64,000 bases of DNA from Tubulanus polymorphus (GCF_964204645.1 NC_134031.1:14681807-14745806), one strand, 5' to 3'. Shown: positions 23,950 through 37,425, counted from the first letter of the stretch. Notes: generated by a model not told the origin, from the sequence alone. Made by a program: numbers and translations.

Positions 23950-24449
23950 ATTGAAGAAGTCCTACAATTCGAATATTATATGAAATGATTTATTAGACCG
24001 AAATCACAACGTTTCGGCTATTGACTAACAGCCATAATCAGATGGAATGACCAGAACAGAAGTAACGTAGCATATAAACTTACAGGACTTAATCAAAAGC
24101 GATGTGTCGGAATAAAAGTAAACAGAACAAGTGACAAATGAAAAACAACCAAGGGGTACCGTAGAAACCACAAAATTTTATGAACAGTCAGGATGAATAC
24201 AAATATGTAACTAATAAAGTGGAGTAGAAGTGGATGGGGATAGCAGTGTGACACATAGAGACATTAACCAAAATCGAGTAGAGAGTTGATATGTCTAGAT
24301 ATTAATTGATTATGTTGAGAAAAACCATATTTAGATTGGTAGATAAATTGGATTTCGAAAGTTTACAAATAAGGGCTGATAATTCATTAGAACGAAACCA
24401 CTCTAATAAATCATTTCATATAAAATTCGAATTGAGGGACTTCTTCAAT
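23950..24449 (-). mobile_element. Penelope-like remnant bounded by a 48-bp inverted repeat, with hammerhead at 24005-24044
   Basis: 23950-23997 vs 24402-24449 inverted (45/48 identical); CAT-CTGATTA-T-GGCTGTT..AATAGCC-GAAACGTT-GTG. Confidence 0.65.
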
Positions 24450-24781
24450 AAATGGATTAGAGTGTTTCATTCGACTACTAAACTTCAGCTAAGCTCAGGT
24501 CGACTCGATCATCTCGTCTGATCGTCGGGAGGAGAGTCTGCGATTTTATCATCGGGAACCTTTCCGACATGAGTTTACTTACGACCGCGACGTATTGATC
24601 GCAGACCCGCGTCTTTACCCTAATTGCGAGGATAGAACGAGTTCTATTTTCTTCGATTCCATCCGATCGTCGTAGCCAATCGGCGGCGAGTTATGCGTCA
24701 CATGACCTTTTGATTCAGCGACAAAAAAGATGAATGAAGTGGTCACGTGTTTACTACCGCTATTCTTACGACTACTTAAGT

Positions 24782-25171
24782 ACACCTTTGCGATTGATGT
24801 TATGATCGCTTCATCGCATGGTTTTATCGCATCGTCGTAAAGGTATGCGGTGGCATCCGGAGCCGATTTCATCGCATCATCGTTTCATCGCAACAAATCA
24901 AACATGTTTGATATTTTCGCATGCGATTTTTCCGTGCGATGAAAATCGTAAAGGCGTGCGTGCTACGCTGCCGATGTTCCGAACGCATTTTTTTAGTAGC
25001 CAATCAGAATTAAGTATGAAGCAGTCACATGATGCTCAAAATGGCGGCTCAGTCACGTGAATGAATCCAACTCGAGGCCCTCATAAAAATCGCAGAGGTA
25101 TGCGGGGATGATGCGATTTTCATCGTGTCATCGCATGCGATGGTAAGATGACACGATGATCGCAAAGGTGT
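24782..25171. mobile_element. Palindromic MITE
   Basis: ACACCTTTGCGAT / ATCGCAAAGGTGT inverted ends, internal ATCGCAT repeats and the palindrome ATCAAACATGTTTGAT. Confidence 0.6.
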
Positions 25172-25464
25172 GCACACAGTTTTAGCCGGGTCGTAATATG
25201 CGCTAAGAAAACCATTATCTAATTGGTGCTAATATCTGAGGAATGATTGGTTAGAGCCTTGAAGAATAGACTAATACTTCCTCTATATTTGTTAATAGAT
25301 TTAAATGGTTCAGCGATACACCCTACAGATTTTCTTACAAAGTTAATTATCATCTACGTATATTGTTTAAGCAAAATTCGTCATTTCCTAGATACCCAAC
25401 CATGTAAAGTGGCAATTAATTCTGGATATATGCAAATTAACTTCTATCTGGATCACCTGTATTT

Positions 25465-25890
25465 TTTACAAAATAAACTTCAATTGGTTCAAAATAATGC
25501 TGCTAGGCTTGTAACAAAAATTAATCGTAGAGAACGGATCACCTCTGTTTAAAAAAAGTTACATTGGCTTCCCGTCTTATACCGCTCAAACTTTAAGCTG
25601 TTACTCACTACTTGGTTTGTATTTCAAAAGACAAGTTTCAAAAAAGAAAGTTGGTGAACATTCACATTAAGTTTCAGGAAACCTTTTTAAGGAACCTTTT
25701 ACCAAGACTGGATAGTCATACAGTTCCTGCTTTTAGAATAGGTTAAAAACTTTCATGTTTCCTAATGCTTTTAATTCTTAGAATACTACAGTGTTTTCTG
25801 TTGGAAGTGGAATTAGTGTTATATGTAAAGACAGTTTTTTTTAGAAAAGAGCGCTATACAAAAGCGTATATTATTCGTATTATTATCATA
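25465..25890 (+). mobile_element. L2/CR1-group LINE 3' remnant
   Basis: KLQLVQNNAARLVT...ITSV*KKLHWLPVLYRSNFKLLL, followed by an AGCGCTATACAAA..TATTATT-type tail. Confidence 0.8.
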
Positions 25891-26257
25891 TGGCGCTATC
25901 TAATTTGGATTTTCACTTGAGAATTGATTTCTCTGTACTTGGAGGATTGATTTCTCTGTACTTTGAGAATTGATTTCTCTGTACTTTGACAATTGATTTT
26001 CTCTTATCAAGACAATAGATTCGAAATACTTTAAATCTAGTTTATGAAAAGGAAGAGACGCTACAGGCTCTTCATTCGTTCCCTTCGATACTATGGGAAG
26101 CTCGACTATGGTTGTTTGATCAGCAAGAACTCTGATATGTATCCTGATCGAATAGCAGGGGTTCACCCGGGTTTCGAACCCAACAACTCTCATCCAGTGA
26201 GTCAAACACCCAACCCACCAAGCCGCAAAGTCGGGACGAAACGGCTTCTAAATCCTG

Positions 26258-26364
26258 GGCCCAGTTTCACAAAAATGTTTCACTCTTAAATCGATTTAAT
26301 TTCTTCATTAATTCAGTTTATCTTAAATCGATTTATGCCTTAATCATTTTTGTGAAACTGGGCC
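26258..26364. mobile_element. PIF/Harbinger-like MITE, 107 bp
   Basis: Perfect 20-bp TIR GGCCCAGTTTCACAAAAATG, with CTG duplicated on both sides. Confidence 0.88.
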
Positions 26365-26507
26365 CTGACTCAGTTATAGTGAAATGTATTGGATTGGTTC
26401 TGGTAGATTAAGCTTGAGTTTATCTTTACAGCCAGAATAGACTCGGATTTTAATCCACCTCAGGATTCTTTAATCGCCGCCGATAATCCGGGAATCTCAA
26501 TTCAAAA

Positions 26508-27245
26508 ATGATATCTCTGATAAAACAGTTGAAAGAAAGGAAACAATTCATCGAAGCGACCCTTAAGACGCGCGAAGAAGACTCACAGAGGGCGCTACAA
26601 CAGGATGGTGGGATTCCACCAGTGTTTAACAAACGCTTTTTCTCGTCAAAAGGTGCCGCTGTAGTCACACCGGAAGCGCGTAGAATAATGGCGGAGAACC
26701 GAAAGCGCATTACGTCCGATAAGGTGGCGCCACTCTCTAAGTCTGAGATGAGCGCGATGCGGTGCGTAGTTGACGGACTGCGTATGATCCACCGTGACGT
26801 CGATTACGTCAAGGATTGCGTCACTCATTGTTTAACTTATGAAAAACTTCCTCCGTTTACGTACGTGACGTGCATGCAGCACGAGACGTGCCTGTCGTGT
26901 TTCTATCTGATTTGTGGCGTCGTTGAAGTGACGTACGACGCGTCTTGCGACTCGGGTGTTTCCGTACACGAACCGAACATTATCTACACTCATTCGACCG
27001 GCGAATATCTCGGTCTGATATCGGCTAAAGAGGGCGTACCAGATCTAGCCCCTCCCTCGTCGGTCTACACGAAACAGCCCTGCGAATGTTTACGAATCGA
27101 TCGAATAAAATTCCACAAACTACTGCTGAAACGACGGGAGCAAGACTGCATCGAGAAAATGGAATTCCTCAACAGTAACAACTGTATTCTAAACGTCCTC
27201 AGCGCCGATGAGAAACAGGCGTTGTTACAGAGTTTACGCAAAATC
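26508..27245 (+). CDS. Cyclic nucleotide-binding domain-containing protein (CNBD-like), coding exon 1
   Basis: AAAATG start with an upstream in-frame stop; CNB-like CFYLICGVVEV...GEYLG...CECLRIDRIKF; phase-0 donor ATC|gtaagt. Confidence 0.85.
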
Positions 27246-27349
27246 GTAAGTGAAAGAAAAAAATTAATCATTTCATTGTCAAATCGTTAGACCAGTCAGG
27301 CCACAGTCGAATAGGGCACTTTCTCAACCACCCATCACAGATGAATTTC

Positions 27350-27905
27350 GTGCAAGATTCCTAATACGATCTTCATACGATTCCTATAAGATTCCTATAC
27401 GATCCCTATAAGATTCCTAATAAAATCCCTATAAGATTCCCATAAGATTCGTAAAGGATTCCTAATAAGATACCTAATAAGGTCCCTATAAGATTCCTAA
27501 CATTATCCCTATAAGATACCTAATAAGGTCCCTATAAGATTCCTAACAATATCCCTATACAGTCCCTATAAGATTCCTATAAGATTCCTATACGATTTCT
27601 ATAAAATTCCTATACGATTCCTGACACGATCCCTTTAAGATTCCCAATAAGATCCTTATAAAATCCATATAAGATCCCTTTACCGGTAAGATTCCTATAA
27701 GATTCCTAATAAGATTCATAATAAGATTCCTGTAAGATTCCTATAAGATTCCTAATAAGATTCATAATAAGATTCCTGTAAGATCCCCATAAGATCCCTA
27801 TAAGATTCCCATACGATTTATATAAGATCCCTTTAAGATTCCTATAAGATCCCTATGAACACCCTATACGATCCCCAAGATCCCTATAAGATTCCTATGA
27901 GATTC
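27350..27905. repeat. 11-12-bp minisatellite (TAAGATTCCTA)n
   Basis: Read directly; lies in intron 1 of the CNBD gene. Confidence 0.92.
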
Positions 27906-28432
27906 TCATTTCTATCCATTCAACCGACAAATTCTAATTTTAGTTCTAATTTAATTCTACCTACGTAACTTACAATGAAAATAAACAACGCTGTAACCGA
28001 GTAACCGGGTTAGTCATGATCTTTAATCTTACTGAAATAGAAGAAATTCACACCGTATGTGAGAAAATGATTTCACATGTTCCTCAGTGTGTGTATCCGG
28101 CCAATCTGGAAGTTTCATAGACACCACCTTAAGTTAAATGATTCGCTAGAACAGCTGCACAGATATTGATGAATTTAAATTTCGCGTGAAAACCTACCTT
28201 TTTAACAACATTTTATTGAAATGTAACACGATGATGTGTATATTTTGCTGTAAACCGCTCTAAAACGCAGTGGAGATCGGTATAGAAATAGATGTTATCA
28301 TATATTATTAGAACCTATATTTACCTAGACTGGTCTTAAGTTGTTAGATTGGCTATAGAACTAAAATTAGTTTAGACTGGTCTAAAAAGTTGTTGTTAGA
28401 TTGAGCATAAATTGTGTGCGTTGTCTTTTCAG

Positions 28433-28502
28433 GAAATTCCAGCCAACAAATTAGTCGTCAAGCAAGGAGAAATATCAGAATATATTTACTTCATTATAAA
28501 TG
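28433..28502 (+). CDS. CNBD-like gene, coding exon 2 (EIPANKLVVKQGEISEYIYFIING)
   Basis: cttttcag acceptor, G|gtatgc donor, phases 0/1; typical start of a CNB domain. Confidence 0.9.
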
Positions 28503-29738
28503 GTATGCTATGTACAATATGTGCGCGAAACTGCGGGCGCAACAGTATGCGCTACAGTGTGTGCGGTAAACTGTAAATTCTAGTTTTTTGACGCCTTGTA
28601 AAACGTTACCATTATGAAACCTAAACAATGTTAACCATTCAGCGTCATTTTACAAACGACAGCCGTAAATCGATGTGCAAAACGTCACAGGTTTATGTGT
28701 ACACAAACAAGCTATCTGGCAAGACATTATTGATAAAGATGTAGAATGTCTTCTTGTGATTATATAATGAACCCTATTTGAACGTCCAAATATCATATTG
28801 CATTAAATAAATGTCGCATGATAAGCCGCATTGTAATAGCGGCTGTATGATTATACCAGAAGCGGCAGGCATAAATAGAAATGATAAGTACATCGGATTA
28901 TTCGGTAAGATGGCGGATTGCGCAAGTCTGAAATAAAAGTAAGAACCTGAATGGGGATGCTGGCGGAATGGCGAAGCTATCTACAATCTGTGTAGGGCTG
29001 GCGTGAATTTTATCGACGGCTACGAGCGGTCAATATAAAAATGTGTAAACATATAATTTCAATATTCAAATGTTTGAGAAAATGTGTTCGCTATTAGGGC
29101 CAGGTATGATCGCGAATAGCAATTTATAATAGCATAGCTGTCGTATACGGCTCCGCGTCCTCTGATGGCATGTGCTTCAGGTGACCATTCAATTCAATTC
29201 TTTATTGATCCTCATGTTAAACATTGTCGTGAAGTGGTCGATTCGACCAGATGGGACAGATCCGAGAGAAAGAAGCAACACGTCTGGTTACTACGAAACT
29301 TGCGAACTGATTTTATTTCACATAGATGGAGAATAAACATAAACCAGATGTCATCCACAAACCAGATGATCGGCTAAGTAACCGAACTTTCGAAATAAAC
29401 ATTACATATAAGAATCCTCATTTCAATAAAGTTACACATTTAAGAACACAACATACAAAACACTGCGTAATTCATACAGAATAACATAAACCAGCCTATT
29501 GTTATTTCAAATGACAGTGTCTACTTCAACCCGCTCAAGAGGATCGAGTGTGGAAGCCCCGGGAGGGCTTACTTAAGCCGGTCGACCTGCTACCAAATCA
29601 CCAAAATCACAATTCCCCAAATTTCTTAAAACATCAATTTCAAATTTGCAATACCACATTAACTTATCCGAAAAATTCTACATTTTATTCGCAGGCGTCA
29701 AATAATTTATTAAAATTAATTTTCTTGGTCTATTTCAG

Positions 29739-29819
29739 GTCGTTGTCAGAGGTATCGAAGAGTGAAAATTACCGAATTCAAGGAACAAATTTTATTTGAA
29801 TTGGACACGTTGGAAGCAG
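29739..29819 (+). CDS. CNBD-like gene, coding exon 3 (RCQRYRRVKITEFKEQILFELDTLEA)
   Basis: tatttcag acceptor, G|gtgcga donor, phases 1/1. Confidence 0.85.
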
Positions 29820-30292
29820 GTGCGAGATTGCATTATGGGAAACAATCTTTATACCACAATTCCGAGCTGCATGTAAATACAACGATAGGGGCACACTATG
29901 GCGACCGTTATTAGGGAAATTACATATCACTACGGTGACATATAAGCGCCATCTGGATTAGAATTTGTAAGATATTCTAATGTGCATTGAAAACGGTTCA
30001 AACGTAAGAATCTCCAAACTTGTAGTAAAATCAGGCTGTCGTGCATTCCCATGCAATCGGGGGAAAATCTCAAAGTCATATTGGCGATTTATACGCGAAA
30101 AGAGATTCTCGATTCTTTACGACAGCAAAAAATATTCCAGTATTTGCAGAACACAGAAATTAGCGACATGCGTGCCATTTTCGACATGCTTTTTTATAAA
30201 TAAAACTGGTGCACTAAAACTATATTGAGTATAAGTCAGTTCCTGATATTTCATAAGCTCAACTCATCCCATCTGTTAATTATTTCATTCAG

Positions 30293-30386
30293 GAGGGTGT
30301 TTCGCCGAAGAATGCGTTTTGAACTCAAGCCCCAGCGAGTGCAGTATAATAACCAAACAACCAACAACGCTTTATCAACTCAACAG
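30293..30386 (+). CDS. CNBD-like gene, coding exon 4 (GCFAEECVLNSSPSECSIITKQPTTLYQLN)
   Basis: ttcattcag acceptor, AG|gtatat donor, phases 1/2. Confidence 0.85.
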
Positions 30387-30623
30387 GTATATATCTATAG
30401 AAGGGACGGCATTTACCGCGACGCATTGTAGGAAAATCTATGCACGTACTGAGACGTCCTTTTACTGATGCTTAATGCCAGTTTTCCCGTCGTCAAGTTA
30501 CATGTTTCAAACAGATTGGTGGTCCGAGGGAGTCACAATATTCGTTTTAAGCCCGGGCTAAATTCGGTTAAGAAAGATGTGTTCGCCGTCTAAAGGTTAA
30601 GTACCGTACTCTTACTTCTGTAG

Positions 30624-31220
30624 TGTAACGGAGCTAAGGATCAAAGGGAACCAACCCTAAAATATAGTTTTCCAGAAGGCAAAATCTCCACTAGTTTATA
30701 ATAGGTAAAAACAACAGCTATGACAGTGACGCAGTGAATCAAAATACTACAATAGGATATTTATTTCCATATGAATGATATAACCATGTCGGATCTTCGT
30801 ATTCTCTCTATAATGGACGACGCATCCATATGCCACGTAGACCGATGATTCGCGCACGCACAGGAACCTTATCTAACGAAATAGAATCACTCGCGGGCGT
30901 CCCTGGGGCACTGACGCCATTGGCCATTTTAACAAGGGAACTTCGAATCCGGATTGAGACATCAACTCACACAATCTAGGCGGGGCGATGATACATTTTG
31001 CACACAATCTCGATCTCTAATATAGCTACTTAACTAAAATTGGATTGCTCCTACTAAATCTAACCTACTAAATCTGCCATCGCCAGAAAAGTGCCATCGG
31101 CAACGAAGTAATACTAAATATAGGGTGACTCCTGGTGATGCCTACGAGTGATAAGTACAATGATATAAGTGCTAATGGCTACGAGTAATAAGTATAGTAA
31201 CATAAGTGCTAGACAGAACA
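30624..31220 (-). repeat. 3' LTR of the Pao element (~597 bp)
   Basis: Follows polypurine tract AGAGAGGAG, starts TGTTCTG, ends GTTACA; its start matches 34711-34771. Confidence 0.85.
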
Positions 31221-34200
31221 CTCCTCTCTGAAAAGGAGTTTAGGAGAAACGTATTTACTACAGTATGCAATGTTCAATTTCTACCAATGATTTATTCTGG
31301 TTTGTGGTCTTCATAAAGTATCGCTTTCGATCAATCGCAATTTTTGCACTGGTCGCTTTAATACACCATTTGCAGTTTTAACTGCAACGGAACGGAACAA
31401 GTCATCTCAACCTGGATAGACCTCAACGACACGTCCCATTTTCCATTCGGTCTTCTTCACGTTATCTTCAGCAACCAATACAACATCACCAACTTTCAAG
31501 TTCTGCTGAACTACAGTCCACTTCCTGAATCTATTTAGTTCGGCCAAATATTCCCGATACCATCTAGTCCAGAATGACTTTTCGAGTCTTTGGCAGTACA
31601 GCCACCTTTTACCAAGACTAGTACTTGGTAAACTCACAAACGACTTGGCGTTATCTGACCACATGGTACACGGTTTCCCTCGGCGATTAATCATACGTTC
31701 GAATGACTTAAGAAACTCATCAGCCGTCATGTCCTCTAATAGTTCCAGATGGTCAGCTCTGATGGTCATACAAGTGAATATGTAGGAATTACTGGTGTCC
31801 AGTCTTATCATACAATGGTCCGGCATAATCACATCCAACATGTGTGAATATAATAATTTAATATAATAATTTATTTTCGTAAACCGGTTACGAGGTATCC
31901 AGTGCAAGCCAACAGGCTGTACATAAAATTAAGGCGCTGGAACCTTGTGCAGAGTGCAGGGGAATGTGCAGTGATACTTATAAATAATGCTATTAATAAT
32001 CTTAATGTAAACCAATAATCGACAAGTAATCAATGCCGCTAGTAACTCTAACTCTGGAATAGTTCTTTTTTCTTTCATCGGGCTTACCCTGGTTTTAGAA
32101 CACAACAGAGCAACCTTGAACTCATCATTTGGATTTTCACTATGGATATACACACACGCAGCATATGCCTTTTCACTGGCGTCACCAAATCCGTGCAGGG
32201 TCTATTTTACATCATGTTTTGTCTCCATGAGTACATATCGGTCAAGTCTTAGATCATCAAGGTTTTTCACATCAGCTTTCCACTGACACCACTCCTCATG
32301 TAGTTCGACAGGTAACGAATCATCCCATCCACAGACGATAGTCCACGATCGCTGGAATAACATTTTTCGCAGTGATCAAAAACGGTGAGAGTCATATTGT
32401 TCATAGCATACCATTGGGTCATAAATCCGATGTAGTTGTTTTAGAACGCTATGACGAGTTTCAATCAGTAAATCTTCCATCTTATCACAAAAGGAGAACA
32501 TCAACTGGTCATCGCTCGGTATAAACATGGTACCTAGTGGCTTTAAACCAGATTCAACATCGGACAACATTTTGACGTGTTGAGTCGCGAGGTCTTCTTT
32601 CTTCAATTGACCGAGAGCTTCAGGTTTATTAGAACTAAACTTCTTCCACGGGAATCCACCGGATTCCAGAACTTCCTTTAACTGTAAGGCTAAGTCGGAA
32701 GCTTCCGAGATTTCATCTTCACCAGATAGGACATCATCGACATAAGTATTGCTTAATATTTCCTCACAGGATTTTGGGTATTGTGACTGTAAATTCTCAG
32801 CATGTTGTCGCACGACCATGATGCTACTGAACGAAATCTTAACAACATGCCACATAGGTTTGGTTGCAACTGGACCGGGAAGCAGTGTTGCATTTATAGA
32901 AACACCTGGGCCTTTTGCAGAGCCATCAAACACGGGCCGCACCTTCGTAGTGTAACCGGCTGGTTGTTGTATCGGCAGGCTGGCTGGGGAACTAGCATTT
33001 ACACCAGCGGTACAGGATTCCATCGTTCAGGAACAACAAGGCAGTTAAACCTTATAGGTGCAATCTTTATTGCATCCCGGAATGAGAATGATTATCATAA
33101 CTTTACATTGTCTTTATATACAGAATCATGAGTTTGATGTGAGAACAAGGTGTCAGACAAGTTGTAGACATCAGGACTCAGAAACTAACACCTAGTGACA
33201 TATTTTGAGAGACATTAATTAATTATTGATTAGCACTGACTAGAGCTAATTACTATGAATATATGAACATATTGAGTAATGTCACATGTTGATTACGATT
33301 AAAGCACATATTAATACTATATTCATAAGTTATTTACATTATTAATATTATTATTATTGTTAAGCATTTCCATGTAGTAAGAGATATGAAATATTATGAA
33401 CCATTCGATATGAAATTGTAGATATATAAAACACGTTCCCAAATGTTTTGATACTTTCTCAGTTTGTATCATAAATATTGCCAATTTCTGGTCCTTAAGT
33501 CCTAAAAAATGATAAATTTACAGCGTAAAATCGTACAAACGTGTCAATTATACTTCTAAACGCTTTATTTGCGCAACAGTTTATGAATTGAGCGTGGGCC
33601 ATAGAGCGCTATAACCGCCTCTGATCTCGACTTTCAATTATAATTACGTAAGCTATTCATGAACAAAATGCGGCCGGCGCACAATAGAAACTTCGCTCTA
33701 TGTATTATTTCATGATTATAGAATATGCAACTTATATCAGAAAGACAGTAGTAGCTTTATTTGGTCTGAGTACGGGATGGTGCAGCAGATACCAGACTGT
33801 TCTCATTAAAAATAGAAATAAATTCTCGCAAGCACGAATTCATTTTTATTTCTTACTCAAATTTTCAACCTTTAATCTGAAACAAGACTTATCTAATTAC
33901 TCTAATAATTCCATATATATGAATAACATATAAATGAATATCATTTAAATGAAAGCCATGTATATGAATATTATATATAACATATTAATGAAAAGCAAAG
34001 TGCTTTCTCTCAGGGACCTATCATCACCAGTTTTCTTCAGAATATAATTCTACCTGAATATCAATTTACTATAAAAATAATTAATGGACGGGAGATTTGA
34101 TATTTCAAGAATAGCTTGTTTTTGTAAGGGCATCACCGTATTTATCCTCCAGTGTCTCCAGAATGTCTTCGTAACTGGGATCTTTTAGAGCGGCAATAAT

Positions 34201-34771
34201 TTTCCGAGCATTACCAGTTAAAAGTATCAAGGTGAAATGTGCTTTTTCTGCCTCGGTGTAACCCGGTTTCTGGAATTCAGACTCGATCAGGTTCTTCCAC
34301 AGGTCGAACAAATGAACATCCCCACTATATTTTGGGAATTCTTTTCTCTTTTTCTCATTGTAATGGTGCTGAGTAATTTACTCAATGCATCTTCACTCAA
34401 GACACTGTTACCAGAACCACTACCATCAAGTGGCCGTCAGAGTTAAATAGGTGTAATTATAGGACATTTCATCGTCTAATTCCTTCTTCACTTTATCTAG
34501 AGACATCTACGCGAGCTTCGTTCTCTGGACAAACATCAATATCTGATTGCACTTGCTGTAGAGCAGTAAACGCCTCCTCTAACATCTTATGGAAATTCTT
34601 CACTATGGCGAGTTTCACTTGATCATCATCATTGGCTGCTTCACAATTCTGGTAATACGCTTCAGTTGCATTGTCATACTTGGTGAATCGAATACGGCAC
34701 ACTTTATGCTGGGTGACTCCTGGTAATGCCTACGAGTGATAAGTATAATAATATAAGTGCTATACAGAACA
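30624..34771 (-). mobile_element. Decayed BEL/Pao LTR retrotransposon in intron 4 of the CNBD gene
   Basis: gag (LLTGNARKII..LEDKYG), RT (TTKVRPVFDGSAK, YVDD), Pao LHGFGDASEKAYAACVY / TIPELELLAA, integrase and FWTRWYREYL; TG..CA ends and 5-bp TSD TGTAG (30619-23, 34772-76). Confidence 0.95.
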
Positions 34772-36193
34772 TGTAGTAATACGATAGTAATTCACTGACC
34801 GACTTAGGATACACTACGAAGTATCCTAACAGTACATGACACTGATTATTTTGTGCCTCAGTTGTGAATTGCGGGTGTTTAAAACATTTCTAAGACACTC
34901 ATTCACGTAATCTTTGGATCAAAATGAATGATTGGAGTTAGCGATATGTTCTGACAGTATTGCCGGCCCCTACGTGGGCTCTCATAATGGTTCTTGGAAG
35001 GGGACAGGCCCATTGCGCAGTTTTTCAGAATGGTTCCATACCACAGGCAGAGGCCCATTGCACAGTTTTTTCAGAATGGTTCGCATACCACAGATAGGTT
35101 GTACTGGCGGATAGGGAGGCCCTAACGCAGCCTCTCGGCTCTGGGGGCTGCGGATACGTGCATTGGTGGTACGTTTTTTAGGAGAGCGTTCCACGGTTTT
35201 TGGGGATGGGTTAACAAATAATGTAGTTAACTTTGTACGGGGAGGGGTCTAAGAAAAATGTGCGTACTATCCTGACAGGGGCTCTCTTAAGAAAATGTAT
35301 GTATAAACGAGAGATATAAAAAGATAATGTCAAACAATAATACAAAATACATGCAGAATCCTAAGATCATCGTCTCGGCATTTTTCAATTAATGGTAGTC
35401 CCACAAAGCATTATATCACGTAATTCATTGGTTGATTGTAGGGGCTTTTTTAAATGAACGTACGGGTGGTGTGGTCAATATAGCAAGTACAAAGATCGAA
35501 CAAAATGGAAATGGCTGGGGCAGAATTTGCTGGTTATGTTTCGGGTAGGGGTAGGGGAGGTGTGGGGTTGGTTCCAAGAACTCCTGAACATTTGGAGCAT
35601 TTGGATTCATCTCCCGGCCAATTAAAATGAATGTATTTCGTAAGCAAAAAATATCAGGATTCGGGATTTATGCGCCGAGGAGGTGTGCTCAAGACCTACA
35701 CATCCGAGCACTCAACGACAAAGCCGTCCATTGGACGGGTATTCAGCTACTCTATACTATGGGAGGAAATGTTGCTTGAATTCTAATTGGGAAGGTCATT
35801 CGGGATTTATTAGGCTGACATTTAATGAGCCGCGCATAATTTTCCAACCCATCGAGGATGGGTATTTTCACTAGTAAATAATATAATCATTTAACTCCCA
35901 TTGGAAATAACCATTTTTCAAGTTGTTTTATCGAGGTTTTTCGAAGCCTCATTTTGTTTTACAACCGCTAGGAAGCAAAATTTCACAAGCAATTTCACAA
36001 TGACGACTGAACCCGACCTTAATTTCAACGATTCGGTCAAATTATTACTAGTTTTTAATGGCGAATTCAACAATAAGACATGATTATAATAATAAGAGTT
36101 GTGATATTTGTCTCCGGTGTTTGAAAAGATTTTAAAAACGAATTTTATGCTAACTGGTATGAGATACTCGAACCAGTGCAAGTGCAGCCCCAG

Positions 36194-36326
36194 GGCCCAG
36201 TTTCACAAAAAAGTTAACCTCAAATTGCTGGTGTAATTGCCATTGGTTACTTTATATTCTCAATGACGAGGACAACAATTCAAACTTAACCGATTTAGGC
36301 TTAAACTGTTTTCTTGAAACTGGCCC
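36194..36326. mobile_element. PIF/Harbinger-like MITE
   Basis: CAG|GGCCCAGTTTCACAAAAA ... TTGAAACTGGCCC. Confidence 0.7.
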
Positions 36327-36353
36327 CTTTTAGGTTTGTTTGCAATTTTCCAG

Positions 36354-36560
36354 AAGCGAGTTTGAGCTGAAAGATCGAACTCACCTAATCGATATAGTTC
36401 GATCGAAAATCAATACTATTCCCGATGACGTCATACTGAAGGGTCACGGCTACGATGAAACAAGATGGCGTCGATTCAAGCAGCAGCAAGTCAAGTCGGC
36501 CATTTTGAATAATCACAGTTACATAGCAACGCGTCAGCAGAATATTAATATTCCGCGAAT
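36354..36560 (+). CDS. CNBD-like gene, coding exon 5 (SEFELKDRTHL...WRRFKQQQVKS...NIPR)
   Basis: ttttccag acceptor, AT|gtaagt donor, phases 2/2. Confidence 0.85.
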
Positions 36561-36855
36561 GTAAGTGTATCATTTTCTCGTGCAATTTAAAAAAAAAATA
36601 TTTTTGGCAAATTATTGCTGAGTTTATTAAAATTTTACCGTGCTAGAACTGGTTTGGGGCGTTGTTGCTATGATACGTTGTTTATTGTTAAGTGAATACT
36701 CAACAATAAATAACACGTATCGTAGCAACCAGATTGTCCAACCAGATTGTATCATGGGAGGTTCTTTGTTCAGCGTCTAATCGCTAGTTACTTTAAATAG
36801 TTACTTTAAAAAGAAAGTCATAAAAGCAGTTGTGTCTTTCCGAATCGCTGTTCAG

Positions 36856-37004
36856 ATTTCTCGGGAAACGTAGGATTGAATCGGCTAAAGCTAGTTGCAG
36901 TTCAACGGCGCACATGCTCGCCGAGTTAACCTCGCCCTCGACGCGCAGTAGATCATCTTTAGAATTCATAACAACAGCCACAACAGACACCAGCGAAAAA
37001 ATAG
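36856..37004 (+). CDS. CNBD-like gene, coding exon 6 (FLGKRRIESAKAS...TSEKI)
   Basis: ctgttcag acceptor, G|gtaggg donor, phases 2/1. Confidence 0.75.
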
Positions 37005-37136
37005 GTAGGGTACTCTACAAAATACAATGTAGTGTGAACATTTTCCGGCTCAAGTATAAAATATGGAAAAGTAGTCCAATGGCCTTTTTACCTGACGTAT
37101 CAATACGCACAATGCTGACCGAAGATCTGCAAATCT

Positions 37137-37425
37137 TAACATTCCCGACACACCGGTACTCCCGACATACCGGCACTCCCAACTTTCCGACATACCGGCA
37201 GTCCCGACATGCCGGCAATCCGACATACCGGCAATCCCGACAATCCGACATAACGGCGATCCGACATACCAGCACTCCCGACATGTCGACACAACCGGTA
37301 CTCCCGACATACCGGCACGACCGACAGAATGTCGGAATGTCAGGATTGTCGGGAATGTCGGATTGTCGGAATGTTGCGATTGTCCGGTATGTCGAATTTC
37401 CGGTATGTCGGGATTGCCGATGTTA
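37137..37425. repeat. Fold-back array: CCGACA-type repeats followed by their reverse complement
   Basis: CCGACATACCGG units switch to CCGGTATGTCGG units near 37325. Confidence 0.8.

Noticed and set aside
27246-27290. C-terminal VSERKKLIISLSNR of the 260-aa ORF
   Set aside because: It follows a consensus donor; splicing to 28433 continues the second CNB domain.
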